This document shows, one piece after another, positions 38,801-54,400 of a DNA stretch of 64,000 nucleotides (positions within the stretch are counted from its first letter, which is position 1; each line of letters starts with the position of its first letter). The stretch spans positions 4,528,001 to 4,592,000 of the forward strand of contig NC_087246.1 in the NCBI RefSeq assembly GCF_037042905.1, in the 5' to 3' direction. A program made the position numbers and the translations under genes. The notes under the pieces are model-generated. The model was not told the origin of the DNA. It did not search any database and saw only the letters and a program-made list of their open reading frames with translations. This DNA comes from Lytechinus pictus. Taxonomy: Eukaryota.

Positions 38801-41800
38801 TGCAATGAGCATAATTTTAGAATCACAGTAGGTAAATAGAACGTGGTAACGGAAAACCAACTTATTCAAAAGGAATTTAACCTTGTTTAATATCATGATG
38901 AGAAAAAAATAAGATAATTCATACTCCATATGATAAAATACAAAATAATGGACCACATGGGCTCCCTCATTTGCATACCGACCAGCATGGCTTAGTGTAA
39001 AATGAATTTTAAGCAATAAAAGTGTCAGAAATGTCTTATTATACATCCGATTCTGATGTAATCTTCAACGTGATGCTGGTTTGATTTTTCTCTTTTGATT
39101 TAAAATCAACTTTTTGTTGAGGTGGAATCGCTATTTTAGGGCATTATCTTTAACGTTTAACAAACGATACGATCGAGGCCGAGCTATGTGCTTTCCGAAA
39201 TGGGTTGTAATGTTTTTCCGTTTACCTGTGCATATTGACAAAATTCATGTTTAAGGATATTGTGATAATTGATTTATTTCGAAACTTTTTTTCTAAATTT
39301 CAATCTTTGCTTTCCACAATATTGATAAACAAGTTTTGAGTCCATATATATATATATATATATGAAATAGAAATAGTCTGCTTCGGCATATGGAATAAAA
39401 TGATCATAAAAGGTTTAGTAAATGCCGTAGAAATAAAATCATAGATTTTAAAAGGAGCATAGCTCTCAAATATATATCTTTCTGATTCCATCAATACTGA
39501 TATTAAAGATCACCGTTTATTATTGTTTTTGCCGACAGAACAACAATCGCAACCCTTTATCATTGACATAAACACATCAAAACAACATCAGATAAAATGT
39601 TTGTAAGAATGGTGTGTGAGTGATCCAATAAACAAAATATATTTACTCTTGAAAATGAGATGTAACTATACTATTGAACCATGATCCTTGCGATTTGATT
39701 ATTACGACCTATACAACCAACATCTGAACGCAACAATGACCGACATTATTCCAAGAACGTACAAATATCATAACAAAATCTGTACTTTCGTCAGGTGCAT
39801 TTATTTTATCAAATCCTACTTGAGATAACCTCGCCAATAGAACGTAATTTCGAAATCGAGATCTTTCGCTGTTTATCTATTTTTCTGATAACATACGAAA
39901 AAGAGATGTACATTTTTTTGGGAAGAAATATGTTTTTTGTCATATACTCTCATATACATGTATACAGAGGCAGCGCCAGTTAAGGAATCGAGTGAAATAT
40001 AATTTTTTTTCCAACTTTTTAGCCCTCCAAAGGCCTTTTATTGAGTCAAATAATATCAAAATATACACAAGCAAACATTATTGCACAATCAATAATTCAA
40101 TAAACTCAAACAATAATAATACTTAAACATTTCTCTCAAGTAAAAAAAATGAAGTGACATCCATTTAGTATTAAATTTGTTAAACAAACCCAATATAGAA
40201 CTAATATACCTCTCATCTTCATAATATTGAATCATTTTTTTCTTTGCATATATGTAAACACTGGATTTTACTATTTAACTTTTGAAAAAATAAATGCTGT
40301 TTGATTATACATACCAAACAATTCAAGGCATCATTTCTTTTCTCATCAAAACCATGAAAAGATTACATTTTTCAAACTAAACTTAACGTGTGCCTGAGAA
40401 CATTCATTAATCCGATTTTCTGTTTTCTTCCAAATTTCTTTATTAAATTTACATTCCTAAAAAAAGTGTACAATATCTTACAACTCCCTATTACAAAATG
40501 AATTTTTTTAAAATTTTTTAACAATCTTCATCTTATAATCGTTTGTTCAGAAATAATATTCTATTTAATATCTTACACTGAAAATATCTTAAACCAATAT
40601 CTGAAGTGAAATATAAATTTGGCACCAACATACGTTCCCCTTAAGAAACAAATGGCGAAAAATAACAAATTCACATGAACCAGAATGTGCAAGTAGAATG
40701 ACAAACAAAATCAGACAACTCTCAAATACGATTTGAAATGTCATGTCCGTTTCGTTCTTGTCACTATAAATTTCAATTATACAGCTCAAGATGATGTAAA
40801 GCTCAGTATAAAGATCCGCCTCATCTAACGAGAAAAATAAGTTTTATTGTCAATTTCCTCTCCTTCGCTTAGGTCAACATAATGTGATGGAACATCCTCA
40901 TTTTTAAGCAAAAGGGAAATTAACCTCTTATTATGGAACAGATTTGACTGGTCAATTATCTTGACCTCGATACACTTCATAAACATCATGGGACGTAAAC
41001 TATGCACTACCAGCGATGGCTTTATGTAGTTCTATTCCACAAACACCTCTGGCGTACAGATTGGGGGGGGGGGGTGCTAGGAGCACTTGCTATCCTCTGT
41101 CTTTCTAACACAATAAGGTGGCTTAATTGATTGTTTAATTGACTGATTTTATTGATTGATTTCTTTTCCTCAGCTGACTAGTTTAATCCATTTTTGATGA
41201 ATTATTATAGTTAATTAAATCGACGATACAATGTTGGTCAAAGTGACAAGACTTGTATAATTCTGCCAAAAATCATTGTATTGTCGAACGTCCTTCCTGC
41301 TTGCTTTCATATAGATTATCATTTTATGCAGAACTACCCGGCATATGCAATCCCCTTTACAAAGATCTTATGAACAGGGAATTCCCTCCCCGTAAAATAT
41401 TAGATTGAAATGAATTTCTATCAAACCCATTACATTAGTAGAACGCTATAAACATAATTCAAGTATAACACAATGACGCGCTCGAGAAAAAACTTGTTTT
41501 TTAATCGAAAACAAATTTCCATGATTTAGGGACAACTAATATGGTGAAGCAAAAATTGTGTTTAACATACACACCAACAGACAAATATACCAATTTAGTT
41601 TAAAAAATAATCAAGCATCATATGTAAATATATAAATATATATATTTAAGGGAATTATTAGATGGGAATAGGTAGACTGAACCGTCATGAAACTATTTTG
41701 GCGTGGAAATGCAGGCGCCTACGTACTATCCATCTCCTGTTCACAATACTGTTGAATAGTTTATATATTGGCGCCGTATAGCGAATAATGTGGATTGGTC

Positions 41801-44779
41801 TGAAGCAATCCTCATGCAAAGTACCGCATCGGGAAAATATCATTGCATATATACACATACTGAACATCCGTATATACAAGTCTTGTAAGTTGGGGAATGA
41901 CCCATTAATCAAGGCTGCCTTTTTTCCCCCACGCGCTTATTTGGCGTGAAAATCGGGGCGCCAGAATCACATTCGTCGTCGTTTTTTTCATATTCCGATT
42001 AATTACCAACAATCGCCGTGCGCAGATCATGGTCAAAATGAGACTGACTGAAAGATCAACACATTGGGTGTTTTAAATAGACATTAAAAGATATTTCAAA
42101 CAATGATATCATGAATGATCGTCCCTGCCGGTGATGATTATATGCATCGAAGACATTATGTTTCTGAAGCTAACTTTTTCATTCGGTGTATGTCGTATTT
42201 TCTAATGAGCTTCTAGAAAAAAAAAGAGGCAGTAGGCTCTTCTTTATGTTGACCTACCAGGTTCGGAGAATCTGCGACATCGATTTCAAATATTGTTCAA
42301 GATCGTGTGAGTAAAAAAAAAATGTACACCTCACACATCTCCATTTTAAGAAGAAAAAAAAACGTCATGAACACATAAGCATTTTATATGAATTGAAAGA
42401 GTATCTTTTCCAAAATAATAATCCGACAAGAGTTGCATTAAAATCCATTTCAATACACCTTTTCAGTAATTTACATTATAATTGTTCAATAAACAATTTT
42501 TAGTATCAATTCTCAAGTTCATTTCATTGAAAAGGGATTTGTAAATATGTTTAACTCATGTAGGATTATGACATCATTGGCATCTGAGTTTCATTCATTG
42601 CCGTCATGCCTTACTTTGGCGCAAATCAAAATCTACATCACTGCAAAGAATACCTCCTGATCATCCAAGCGTTAACACATACCCCATAAATATGGTATCA
42701 AATTATTTGGGAGAAGATACTCTTGCCAGCCATATATAATGATTATGCGTTTGTGACACATTTATTTCTTAAATTGGGGATTTGTGAGGTGTCATTTTTT
42801 TTTACTCACACGCGTATCTTATTATCGCGGTGTGGTGTACTAACTTCACCCCTTCACTGCATTCGTTAGTGCGTTTGATGGAAATTAATATTACATCGAA
42901 GGCAATCCACCTTAATACTCTGTATCAATATATTCTTTCTTTACAAATATCATCTAGTGTCACTAGTATCATTGGACACCATGTTCGCTCTGATTTATGT
43001 AGTATGAATGGCAATGTTAAAAACAAGAAAGTGGTTATTTGAGAAATAGTGGCAGTCTGACATGGTATGTAGTATGTACATCATTCAATAAGTGCAGGCG
43101 TAAAAAATATATAAGTGAGAAAAGGGAAGATATTGCAAAGTTGTTTGACTTCGATCTATCGACCCATTATTCGAAGTAAAAACGACCACGACGGAGTCGG
43201 GGATTAAAGAGTTGGGGATAATGGGGAATCAGTGAGTAATCTATATACTTCTGATATAATTTTTCAATTAGCATAACTAAACTTAGCAAAACATGCATAA
43301 AGTGTAGATGCTTTCATTTTTATGTAGGCCTATCGTGTGATTTTATGATTTCATATAATGTGATATTTGGATGTTTGATTGATTTTATATGTCAAGCCAT
43401 TAGGGTAAAAAAAATAAATATCAAATTATAAATCAATGTAATGAATAGGTAAACCCACTGAAGCCCGAGAGTTTATCCAAGTAAGTTAGGAACCATCGTT
43501 CGTTATATCATGACTAATGACCAACTGAACTGATGAAGTTTGTCAACTGGGTTCCCTTTAGGGCCGCGTTGGTACGCAGACTTAACCGCTTATTATTCTG
43601 TATTTTTCTTCCCGACAAAGAAAGAAGCGATACCGGGGAAGGTTTATACCTTTCCCAAACGATAACCGGCAACTTGACTGTAGTGAAGATGCTTATTTTT
43701 ATGAAAAAGATATTCGAGCTTCAATGAACCATCTTTGAGTCAACCATGACCAAAATCACATCATTCAAGCATGGTAGCAAGTGCTCCAGACTTTCCTCCT
43801 CTTTTGGAACTCGTATTTTTGAAAATGTGTTTCAGTATTGAGTCCCGAATTGTAACATTGGGTGAAATGACTTGGAAACGCGAGTGGCAAGATCTAATTA
43901 TTAAGTTATAGGGGTTTGTGAAGGCAATGACGAGAAATGGTTTCTTTGCTTAAAAAGACATGCAGTTTCACGTCAGACTATGTAGTATAATGAAAGTTTA
44001 TATTTTCGGATCTCCTTGATGGATCTTCTTCCTCCTTCTCCTCCTCCTCCTTTTCTTCTTCTTCTTCTTCTCCTTCTTCATCTTCTTCCTTCTTCTTCTT
44101 TTTCTTCTTCATTCTTCTCATCATGTTCTTCTTTTCATCATCATGATAATTAAAATCTTTCCTCGTTATTATTATCTCCATGATAACAGGCATCCTTTCA
44201 ATCCAGTCGAGCAACGCTCAAGGGATACTTCTTGGCTGGTAAGAACATGCTATGGTGGCCCATTGGTGCATCGTTGTTCTCTAGTAACATTGGTTCCGGT
44301 CATTTCATTGGTCTGGCTGGGTCTGGAGCAGCAGGAGGCATTGCCGTGGGCGCCTTCGAGTTCAATGTAAGTATGCAATGTTATGTTCCCCGAAAACCAA
44401 GTAGAAAATTATTCATTCTGTAAAGTGTATTCGAAAGTGTTCAAGTAGGTTTAAGTAGGGCCACAGGCTAAAGGCATCATTTTCGTTTTGGCGAGAGAAA
44501 GAGAGAGTAGGTTGATAATGTATAATAAATTGTGATTAGATTATGAATGTGTATATATTGATTTTAAAATAAAATCAAGTTTCAATGCTTACCTATGTCA
44601 TTATTTTATTTGAACCCTGTACAACATAGCGTCCTTTAAAGCAGTCCTTTCTTAATCAAAATAAAGCTACCCAACTTTATGCATTATACCCTTAAACTGT
44701 TACATGAAAGAAAATATGAAAATGATGAATATTAATAACAAGATATTACCATAGATAATTCAAACGACCTGGCTTTCAA

Positions 44780-44813
<34 letters not shown>

Positions 44814-47800
44814 TATAAAAGAGAGAGAGGGGGAGAGGGAGATCGTTTCTTTTTGCAATTTCTTGTCATGCCCACAAGAAAAGTTGCTCAAAAAATGCTT
44901 CTTTTTACCTGAATGCAACTTTCTCCAAATACCAAGAAGCCTAGTCCTACAGGTAACTTTAGGAACATTTTGATGTGAACACTCCCTCAAAATATAAACA
45001 GGATCAAAATCCTAAATAGAATCTTGTTCCCAATGGTCTTTTCTACTCACTCTTTTCGTAATTCAGAAAGGCTTCAGGAAAAGTAAATAAAATGGGTAAA
45101 AAGTGCACATTTACTTGTCTTGTTCACTTGATCATTACAAACAACTACATCATACAAGGTTCAATCATTATTAGCTTATATTGTTGTGATCGCCACAGTA
45201 ATAGTCCAAAGGTTAGGTGCCCCACAACCCTCTAATGAAATAAAATGAAATGATGAATATGATTGATAATTGAGGAATATAAAGAAGCTATTGTATCCCT
45301 TAAGAAAAAAAAATCCCGCCTCAAAAACACACATCTACGCCCACAATATCCTCATAATGCTAGAATAGTATAAAAATGTGAAGGACTCCGCTTGTCTATA
45401 GTCTTATTGAACAGATCGGTATTCTCGTATTGAACAGATAGTCATGTATATACAGCGTTCAGTGGTTGCATTTTTTTTATTGGGGGAGCAGTTCAAAATA
45501 ATACAATGTTATGGTTCAAATTACTTGGGAAAGACAACTGCATAGTACAAGAAAGGATCAATTTTTTCGCTAAAACCTTGAATCATTTTGGTTTGAATAG
45601 CATTTTTGCATGGCAACGACCAACCAATAACGTTGGGTTAATGTGTACTTACAACTTTTATTGTCTTGATGGCAAGGTCTGGAAAAATAAAGAAAATGCG
45701 ACAATGCTGATAAGGTAAAAAATATCCAGGGTTTTTTTTGTGGCTACTGCTGTCGATTGCCGTCTCCCACTCCATGTCCATAGTGTCATTATAGTCCGGG
45801 ATTATATAGTCCTCATCGGGGCTACTAATTTGTTGAGATAACGATGTCACTAATGTTACAAATGCCAGTGCCAAATTATGTCTTTCGTCACGTATTCATT
45901 ATTTGTTTTTATGTAGAAAACTATACTGTCGTCATGCCATAATGCTGTTTTACAATGATCGAGAATTATAAGTCTGATAATAGACACACCATTAACAACC
46001 ATGTCATTGACAAATGAGATATTGTAAAAGAATCAAATTTATTAATCAGCACGAAATAAACTAGTTTTTTTTCATGATAAGGGCGAAAAAGGAGTTGTTT
46101 GGCAGTCCTCAAATTTTCATGAGACTATATATTTAAAAGTAAGCGAGAGTTCAGAATATGAGTCTAAGAGTCGATGTGACCCTCATTAAGGGTAATTAAT
46201 ACACGGGGTTGTTATAGGACCTTACACCATGTAGACCTTATACGGTATAATCACCACAAAAAAAAAGGAAATCAGAGCTAGTACGGCCCATTTTCTCCCA
46301 CCTCTGAGGTTAGTTAGCCAGCGCATCCTTCATATCATTCTGAAATTATTCACTTCCCTTTGTACTGATTCCACACATGCCATCAGGGTAATTGCAGTAT
46401 TCAAAAGATTCGATTTTGATTTGAAATGCTGCAAACGAACACAATTGTCATGACCGAGGTCATGGAGAGTTGATAACGAACATGTATTATTATATAGAGT
46501 TAATGTCCTATTGTGGTCGATATGATGGAGGTTATATGAGATCAAGTGGTTTGAATACATGGTTGTTTGTTTGGTGTGTAGAAGATTGTTTGAAACCATG
46601 TTAATATTTATCATGTTGATTTTAGAATACATAAAGTCAAAAGTGATGGGAGTGATCACTCATCAACACAAATAAAAAATAGCGCTTCCAACTCGTTCCA
46701 AGACAAGGTCCAAATTACATAATTTTTCTTTTTATTTACATTTTGACCTTATATACACTTTCAGTAGCACTGTATCGGTACCTATATACTGAAATAATTT
46801 GAAGTGTGGTACATTATGTACATCATATTAAAAAGAATTAAATTACAAAGTAGTTTGACGATATTCGTGTTTTTTTAATTAAAGCTAGATTCCCAATAGG
46901 CCTTATAATGCGAGTGAGAGATGGGGATGTACGTTCGTAATTCACAATGACACACAAATTTCATACGCCAATGTCTTTGTCAGTCCGAAAATTAAAAAAT
47001 AGGTTCGATAATCCGAACATTATAGCATTGTTCCAAAGGGTCGTTAATCCGAAAGAGAAAAATTGAGTTTATTTTTCCGAATGTTGGATAGTCCAGAAAT
47101 GAAAGGTTAGTGCAGAGCAAAACAAACGTTACGAACCATACTTACCTTACTACTTAATTCGGACTCTCGAATCTTAAATCTCAATTCGTTTTCGGATTAA
47201 GTATTTACACCAAAGGAATAACGAGCCATAACCATGGTAACCAAAAGAGAGAAGTGGGAATGGCGGATGGGAAAGAGCACGATAGGTGATAATTTACGAG
47301 TATTTTCGATATGTTCCAATAATTGAATTCAATTCAAGACCATAATAATAGCCAAGTATTCCAATATTTCTTCTTTTTCTTCACTAAAATATACAGGCTA
47401 TGTTTATCCTCCTGCTCCTGGGTTGGATCTTTCTTCCGGTTTACATGTCTGCAGGCGTAAGTATATCATTACTTTACTATTACTATACGACTTCTATTAC
47501 TATACTTTTTTTTACTACTACTGCTGCTACTACTACTACTACTACTACTACTATCATGACTATAATACTACTACATTACTGTCATTTTATTCACCAACAT
47601 TCTATTTCAGTCTTTCTTTTTGTAAACAAAATTGAATAACAGGTTAACTCTTAATTGCAAGTCATGCCGTGGTACCTTACCTTATAGCAATATTATAAAA
47701 GAATAAATATGGCTTACAAGTCAATAATGGGTCAAGATTGATCGCCTTTCTGCATCACGCATTGTATTCATGTTAAATACTCAATGGCAAGTCGTCGAAC

Positions 47801-50800
47801 TTTTGAAGTGTTTCGTGAAATTGTTTCGTGAAAGAGAGCCCCCTCAGATCAATGGGTCGTATAACAATTAAAGTTCATAATCACAAAGTAAAGGGTGGAT
47901 TCATTTTACTAATCGCTCATCGAGATTTGCTCAAGATCAATTATATCTTCCTTTTTATCACCTAATGGGTATCATGATCTTTCTGTCTGTATGTATTGAT
48001 TTATCAAAATATAAATATATATACCGAGGCTCAATGAATAGGTGTGTTTTAGCTGATTCATAAACAAATGCTATATGGTATTTACAGATTTATTTATTTA
48101 TTTATTTATCTATTTATTCATTTATTTATTTATTTTTGGGGGTGAAATTAAAGAGAGAGAGAGAGGAAAAAATATAAAGTAAGAGTGAGATAATGTGAGA
48201 TGACAGCATTTAGAGAGCTGACATTAGTTATATCTCCTACTCAAACATTTCTTTTATCAATAAGAAATAATTCGGGGATTTTTTTACTGCTATTGTGGAA
48301 GAGGTTTATGTATTATTATTACTATATAAGTTAGTGATATTGAATATTATAGTGATTGGGAATTTTGGTTCATTGCTTTTTTAAATGACTGCCAAAACTT
48401 AAAAATCTGCCTAATTCACCTACATGATCATGATGATACCAATTGCAACTCAATATCAGTAGCTTGCCGATGCTTAAACTAGGCATATTGCCCAATCAGT
48501 TTCTAAAATGGAAAAATAATGTAGTCGATTTCGTCTTTGCTAGGTCTAGTAAAATATCAACATTTTTTGGTAGGCACCCAGGTCATTGACTGATAACTAC
48601 TGGTTTTGTTTGCTTGTTCAAAGTTGAAATAAAATTTGGATTAATGGCCAATAAAACAAAGCTATTTAGACACATGCAGGTTTCTGAACAGTGGTCGCAA
48701 CTATTTTTGTTATTGACTTGTTAAACACTGCAGTGTAATTATACCTATGTCGGCCTTATGCACGACTTGAACATCTTCAAAAGACTTGAACCTTCACCGG
48801 GTTTTCATTTTTTTTCTCCCCGCCTTTGAATATTTTTCTCTTTCCTTGTCCCCTTCTCTGTATTTCTATGCCATTAGATTAACACATTCTTTATATATCA
48901 TCTTATCATATCATACCCCTGCCCTATACCCTATCTATCCATCTTTCTCTCCGCAAGCTCACTGAGTTCTCCTTCTCTTTCGTCCTTCTCCTTTTCTTTC
49001 TGTCTTTCGTCCGCCCTTGTTCATAACTATAATGGGCATTTGCTGAAGTCTGCAAAGACAATATTTTTCGAAACACTCGAAAATTCATACCGAGTAAACA
49101 CTTGTTTCTTGACATTTCTGACAGTATTTTTGTATAATATGAATATGATCATGATGATACCAAACATAACGCAGAACTAACGATACAACAAGAAAAAAAT
49201 ACGTTGTTTCATATATACTTGCATATCGCTTAATTTTAGGAAATAAAAATTAAAGATATGATACGAAGTTTACTTTTTTGAGAAAGATGCACTTGATAAA
49301 TATCGATTCAATATCTACTCAGAATATAATTATCAGGCAATGTGCAGTAAAATGCATATAGTTATATATGGGGTGGAAGGTTTTTTTTCGGATTTCCATG
49401 CGCTAATCAAGCTGTAATCAAATTGTTTATTTCATATTTTTATTCCATGACAGGTATTTACAATGCCAGAGTACCTGAGGAGGCGGTTTGGTGGTCAGAG
49501 AGTGAGGATCTATCTAGCTGTTCTTGCGCTCATCCTCTCAATTGTCACTAAAATATCGGTAAGATAATCATCCATGTCATCATCAACAGTCTCATTGTCG
49601 TCATCTATATCACAATGATTAACATCATCATCATCCTCTACTTCAACATCATCAGTTTCATAATGAATCGTCCAAACCCTAGAAATCTTCAATATTGTAT
49701 TCATAATCATCATCATCGTCGTCGTCATCATCATCATCAGCGCCATCACTGGCGTTATAAGATCATCACATTTGTCATTACCCAAATAATGTTAGACCAT
49801 CATCGTAATGATTGTTACCATTTAGTATCAGAATCATTATTATCAAGGGCCATCGCACAACCATGGTCACTATCATCAGAATCAATATCATATTCTTAAA
49901 ATTTGTCTATGGTCATGGTGATGAGGAAATTTAAATTCCAAAGTCAATATGATACCGGAATAAAAATCAAATTCAAACACTAATATTCCCTCATCCTTCA
50001 AGGTACACGATGACACAATATTTGCGATTGAAACATGGTCGGTTGACTCTGAATTGGATAGGAACATTAAACATCTAGGGCAAAAGTTACTTTTGCCTGT
50101 CAAGAAAATGCAAATCATTGAACAAATGGATCTGCTGAAAATGTGATTTCCAATTGACCTGGTTTATTCGGCTGAAATCTGGAGCTTTCTGCAGGTTTGA
50201 AGGACTGTTTAGCAAAGTCTATTTATTTTTCCTGACTTGACATAAGTATGTATAAGGAGGACGAGACGACAGGTAAAAATTGTTCTGCTGCAGTGTTTAA
50301 AGATACAATGAAGTTTTTCTTTAATACCGTTACAAATATCATTGGAAATACTGTATGATGCATCACTCGGTTGTAATTGAGATATAGAAACGATAACATT
50401 AACATGATTATAAAGAGATATGTTGGCACAAATTAACACAGGACGGTTTCGACTGGGAATGATATGAAAGGTATGTTGATGACTATTGGGACCAACTTTT
50501 TAAAAGCTGTTAAATCTACTTACACACAAAGGGGGAAAAACAACTATAAACTTTAATGAAGTCGGAGTTGATAAGTATTATTTCTACCCATGTTTAGCCA
50601 TTGACCCTTCCATTCCCATCATGTCTGCGATGGCGTATATCTTTAATAGTCGGGATATTATGTAATTTTCATTTTTTTTTCAAAAATACATTCTCTTATA
50701 TAATTATGAATATCACGAGTGTCGAATACGGCACCGAACAGGCAATGCATCATGGGATTCTACCCCATCATCCATTAGCCATCAGATGCTAGCTCTCAAG

Positions 50801-51386
50801 GGAAAGATAATACGAGCGATAATACCCCTTGACCTGTTTGGTCCCCGCCAATCTCGTCTATTCTTAGAAAATATTGACATGATTGTCTGATTAAAATCTA
50901 TCAAGTAAATGTGATGCTCGATATAAGCTAATCATTATACCAGGTTAAATATGGATAAGTGATGGTTAACGTAAAATAGCTGAAAATACTTATTATCAAC
51001 GTAAGAAGTAATTAGCTCGGAAGAAATGGGAGGTAGTATTCCAACGGTTTAGGAAAAAGCACAAAATACAAGTAAAATATTTTGTTTATGTTTACCTAAA
51101 GACATTCATGTGAGTTATATTTTTACATACTATACTTAAAGCTTGGATGAAGGACATTTATTTCAAACAAGGGGCATTCATTTGACGAAACATATTAACG
51201 AAAATCGGTAAAACGTGGTTAAAATTCAAAATGATACCATCACACAAAGCTGCAAGGTATACATGTAGAGCTGTGACGATACTTACGAAAATTGATAGTG
51301 ATCAGGAGCTATACTTTATCTCCCTTTGGTGTATGGGAAACACTGTAGGATCTATCTATCTATCTATCTGTCTGTCTGTCTGTTTG

Positions 51387-51421
<35 letters not shown>

Positions 51422-54400
51422 CTGTATTTATCTTTATCCATTTCATTCCTTCCTCTTTTTTCCCTTGCTATACGACAGAATAATTCATCCATGTTTTGAT
51501 GCATATGTTGAGTCTCTCTGTTATTAATTCCACTCAGTCATTTGATTTATCATTCATATTGCACTTCATTCAGTCTGTTGTGTGGTAACATTTGTTCGAC
51601 CTATATCATTTTGCTTGCTTTACACTAATCAAATATTGATTTTTGTACCTCCTGAAATTCGTCCATAAACATGATAAATATGACCTGATTTTAGCTTCTG
51701 TAAATAGAATAAACAGATAATGGTCAGACTGCTTGTAGTGTTTGAAAGTAAACTACAATCACGCAGACTGGTGATGATATTTGATGGAGGCGTTGATCGG
51801 GGAGTGGTGAGGGGGGAGGCAGGGGCGGATCCAGCTTTTTATAAAGGGGGGGTTGGGGTGGTATGCGAGGGAGCGTAGCGACCGAGTCCAAGCGAGCGGA
51901 GCGAGCGAGGGGGGAGGGTGCGGGAGGGGGGTGTCCCCCCTCCCACAGTAGGGAAAATTTTTGAAAATCTGTGTGTGAAAATGGCGTTTTCTAAAATTAC
52001 AAGTTTAAAAAAAAAGATAAGATTTAAAAAAATGGTCCCCGGATTTTTTTTTTTGGGGGGGTTGCAACCCCCCCAACCCCCCCTCTAGATCCGCTTCTGG
52101 GAGGGGCGGGGGCATAGGGGCTGCAGCATCCCCTTCTGTGTAAAATAAACGTTGGAAGTTCAAGTTATATCTCCTAAATGTATTATACAATCACAGATAA
52201 TCATTGCAATGATGCAAAGTCATTTCGTGAAGGAATTATTTTTTTGTAAAAAAATAAAATATTAGTCTTTGGATATTTTATATATATCTACCAATATGTT
52301 GATGTTTAATTGGTGCCTTGATAAACTTAATTGTTTCGTATATCAATGAGAATGGTTTGAGCTGAATAATATCAGATTACTTCCAATATCTCTTATTTCA
52401 TTTCAATGAGCATCTGCCTTTGCATAACTGTACAGCTCCGTCCTGTCTACTTTTTTTGGTAATAAGTAGGCCTACATAATGTTCTTATATGCCCTATGCT
52501 CAATGAGTGGCTTTTTTTCATTTTCTAGTACTCCTACCAATTCACTGTGCTGCCCTTGTAAATAGAGCAGTGGTCTTGCGGACAAGATTTGCGATAGTAC
52601 CCCTCATAATTATAATAGAAATGCTTTATGAAGTTTAGGTCCAGTGATTACCCCCCCCCCCCCCCGGCCCGCATTTTAGATGTCTTCTTTGTCGGTACGA
52701 GGCAAAAATGAGGGGAAAACAAAATCTGAAGTAATAATTAGCAGTCTTCTTAAGTTTTGTGAGAGTTATATATTCTTTTTTCATTTTTTCATAGTGTGGG
52801 GGCCATTTTGGGCATTCACCTTGCCTATGGAAGCCTGACCATTTTTTTCTCTCGTGTATATTTTCTAATACGATGTCCCTCTGCATATAGCATTGGCTCT
52901 AGTCACAGCTGCTGATGTAAATTAAATAATTGCATTTGAATCAACCACATCCCTTCATTGATATTCTGGAAACAGTCCCTAGAAGTGTCCTTGGACAAAT
53001 TCAAGATTCTAAAGGGGTCCAATAAGGATAACACTTATTTCAGCTGCCTCGTCAGCGGAAGATCAGTGAAACATAATACATGATGCAACGCAATAAGATT
53101 GGAATATTTAGCTCGTTGAATTTCAACACTTTAGTTGGCAATGACTGTGATAATCGCCCCCATAACTTTCTTGTCAATAAAACACTTAGTCTATTTTGTG
53201 GACCGTTACTTGTGGCCAAATGGACTAGTCGTCGGACTTTAAAGCAGAAGGTCGTGGATTCAAATCTTAGCCATGGTGTGATTTCTATCAGCAAAAAATT
53301 TGTCCACATTGTGCTGCACTGCACGTGAGGTAAATGTTTACCTGGCATAAATTAATTTCTTGAAATACTTGTGCGCTGTCTGGCCGCCAGGCTATAGAAA
53401 AGCCGGGATATTTATATCCAAGTCCTTTGAAAGCACATAGAAAAGTTATATAAAAAATGTGATATGCGCTCTGCAATAACTGTTTGTTATTATTATTGCT
53501 GTCACTATTATTATTATTATCATTATTATTTTTATCATCATCATCATCATCATCATTTTCATTATCATTATCATTATGTTGGGTTTAGCAAGATCGAAGA
53601 AACAAGCCAGGGGATAAACAAACAAAGAAAGCAAAAACCAATATAGGCGTGGGGGGGGGGGGGGTGGGACTGTTAAAGAGCAAAATCTGACCCTGTCAAT
53701 GCATCATCCACACAAACAGAATTAATGCAAATTTTATTTCATTCAAGGCAAAATAATGTGCCTCGACAATGTCATGCACTTACATGTGGATTTATTGAAT
53801 AAAGTGCATACTTAGGTACAGAAAATACAGTTCTTGTAATAGTTAAATAAATAAGAAATCTGGAAATCTGGAAAATCAAGACCATGAAATATAGTCGCTG
53901 GTTCTTTGAAATCTGTCAATTCAAAATGATAGTTTGAATTTTTCAAGCAAGACCATCTTCAAAAACACGAAGAACAAACACTAAGTTCTTCATGCACCGT
54001 TTCATTTTACACTGCCGTCATTACATTCTTGAATAAGTCCTTTGTAAAATTCATGTCAGGTATGTTTGTATCTTATTTCAGTCTGTGTCATGCACCTTTT
54101 GCCTACATTTTACCCGACGTCTCGTTCTTAACATGATTTTAATGCAAAATATCTAATTCAAAGTACTTTAACCCAGTGTTTGTTAGATATACATGTACTG
54201 CGGAAAGACATGGTTAACAAACTCTTTCTCCATCCTCCTCTTCCGCTTAGCTCTTAATTATTCTAGCTTCTTCTTCTTCTCAATTTCTCTTATTATTCTT
54301 CCTTCTTCTTCTACTACTTCTTCTTCTTCTAGCCATATTTGCTGTTTCAAATACTTTAAATGGCCCGGCCTCTATGCAATCACTGAGTGCATGCATGAGG

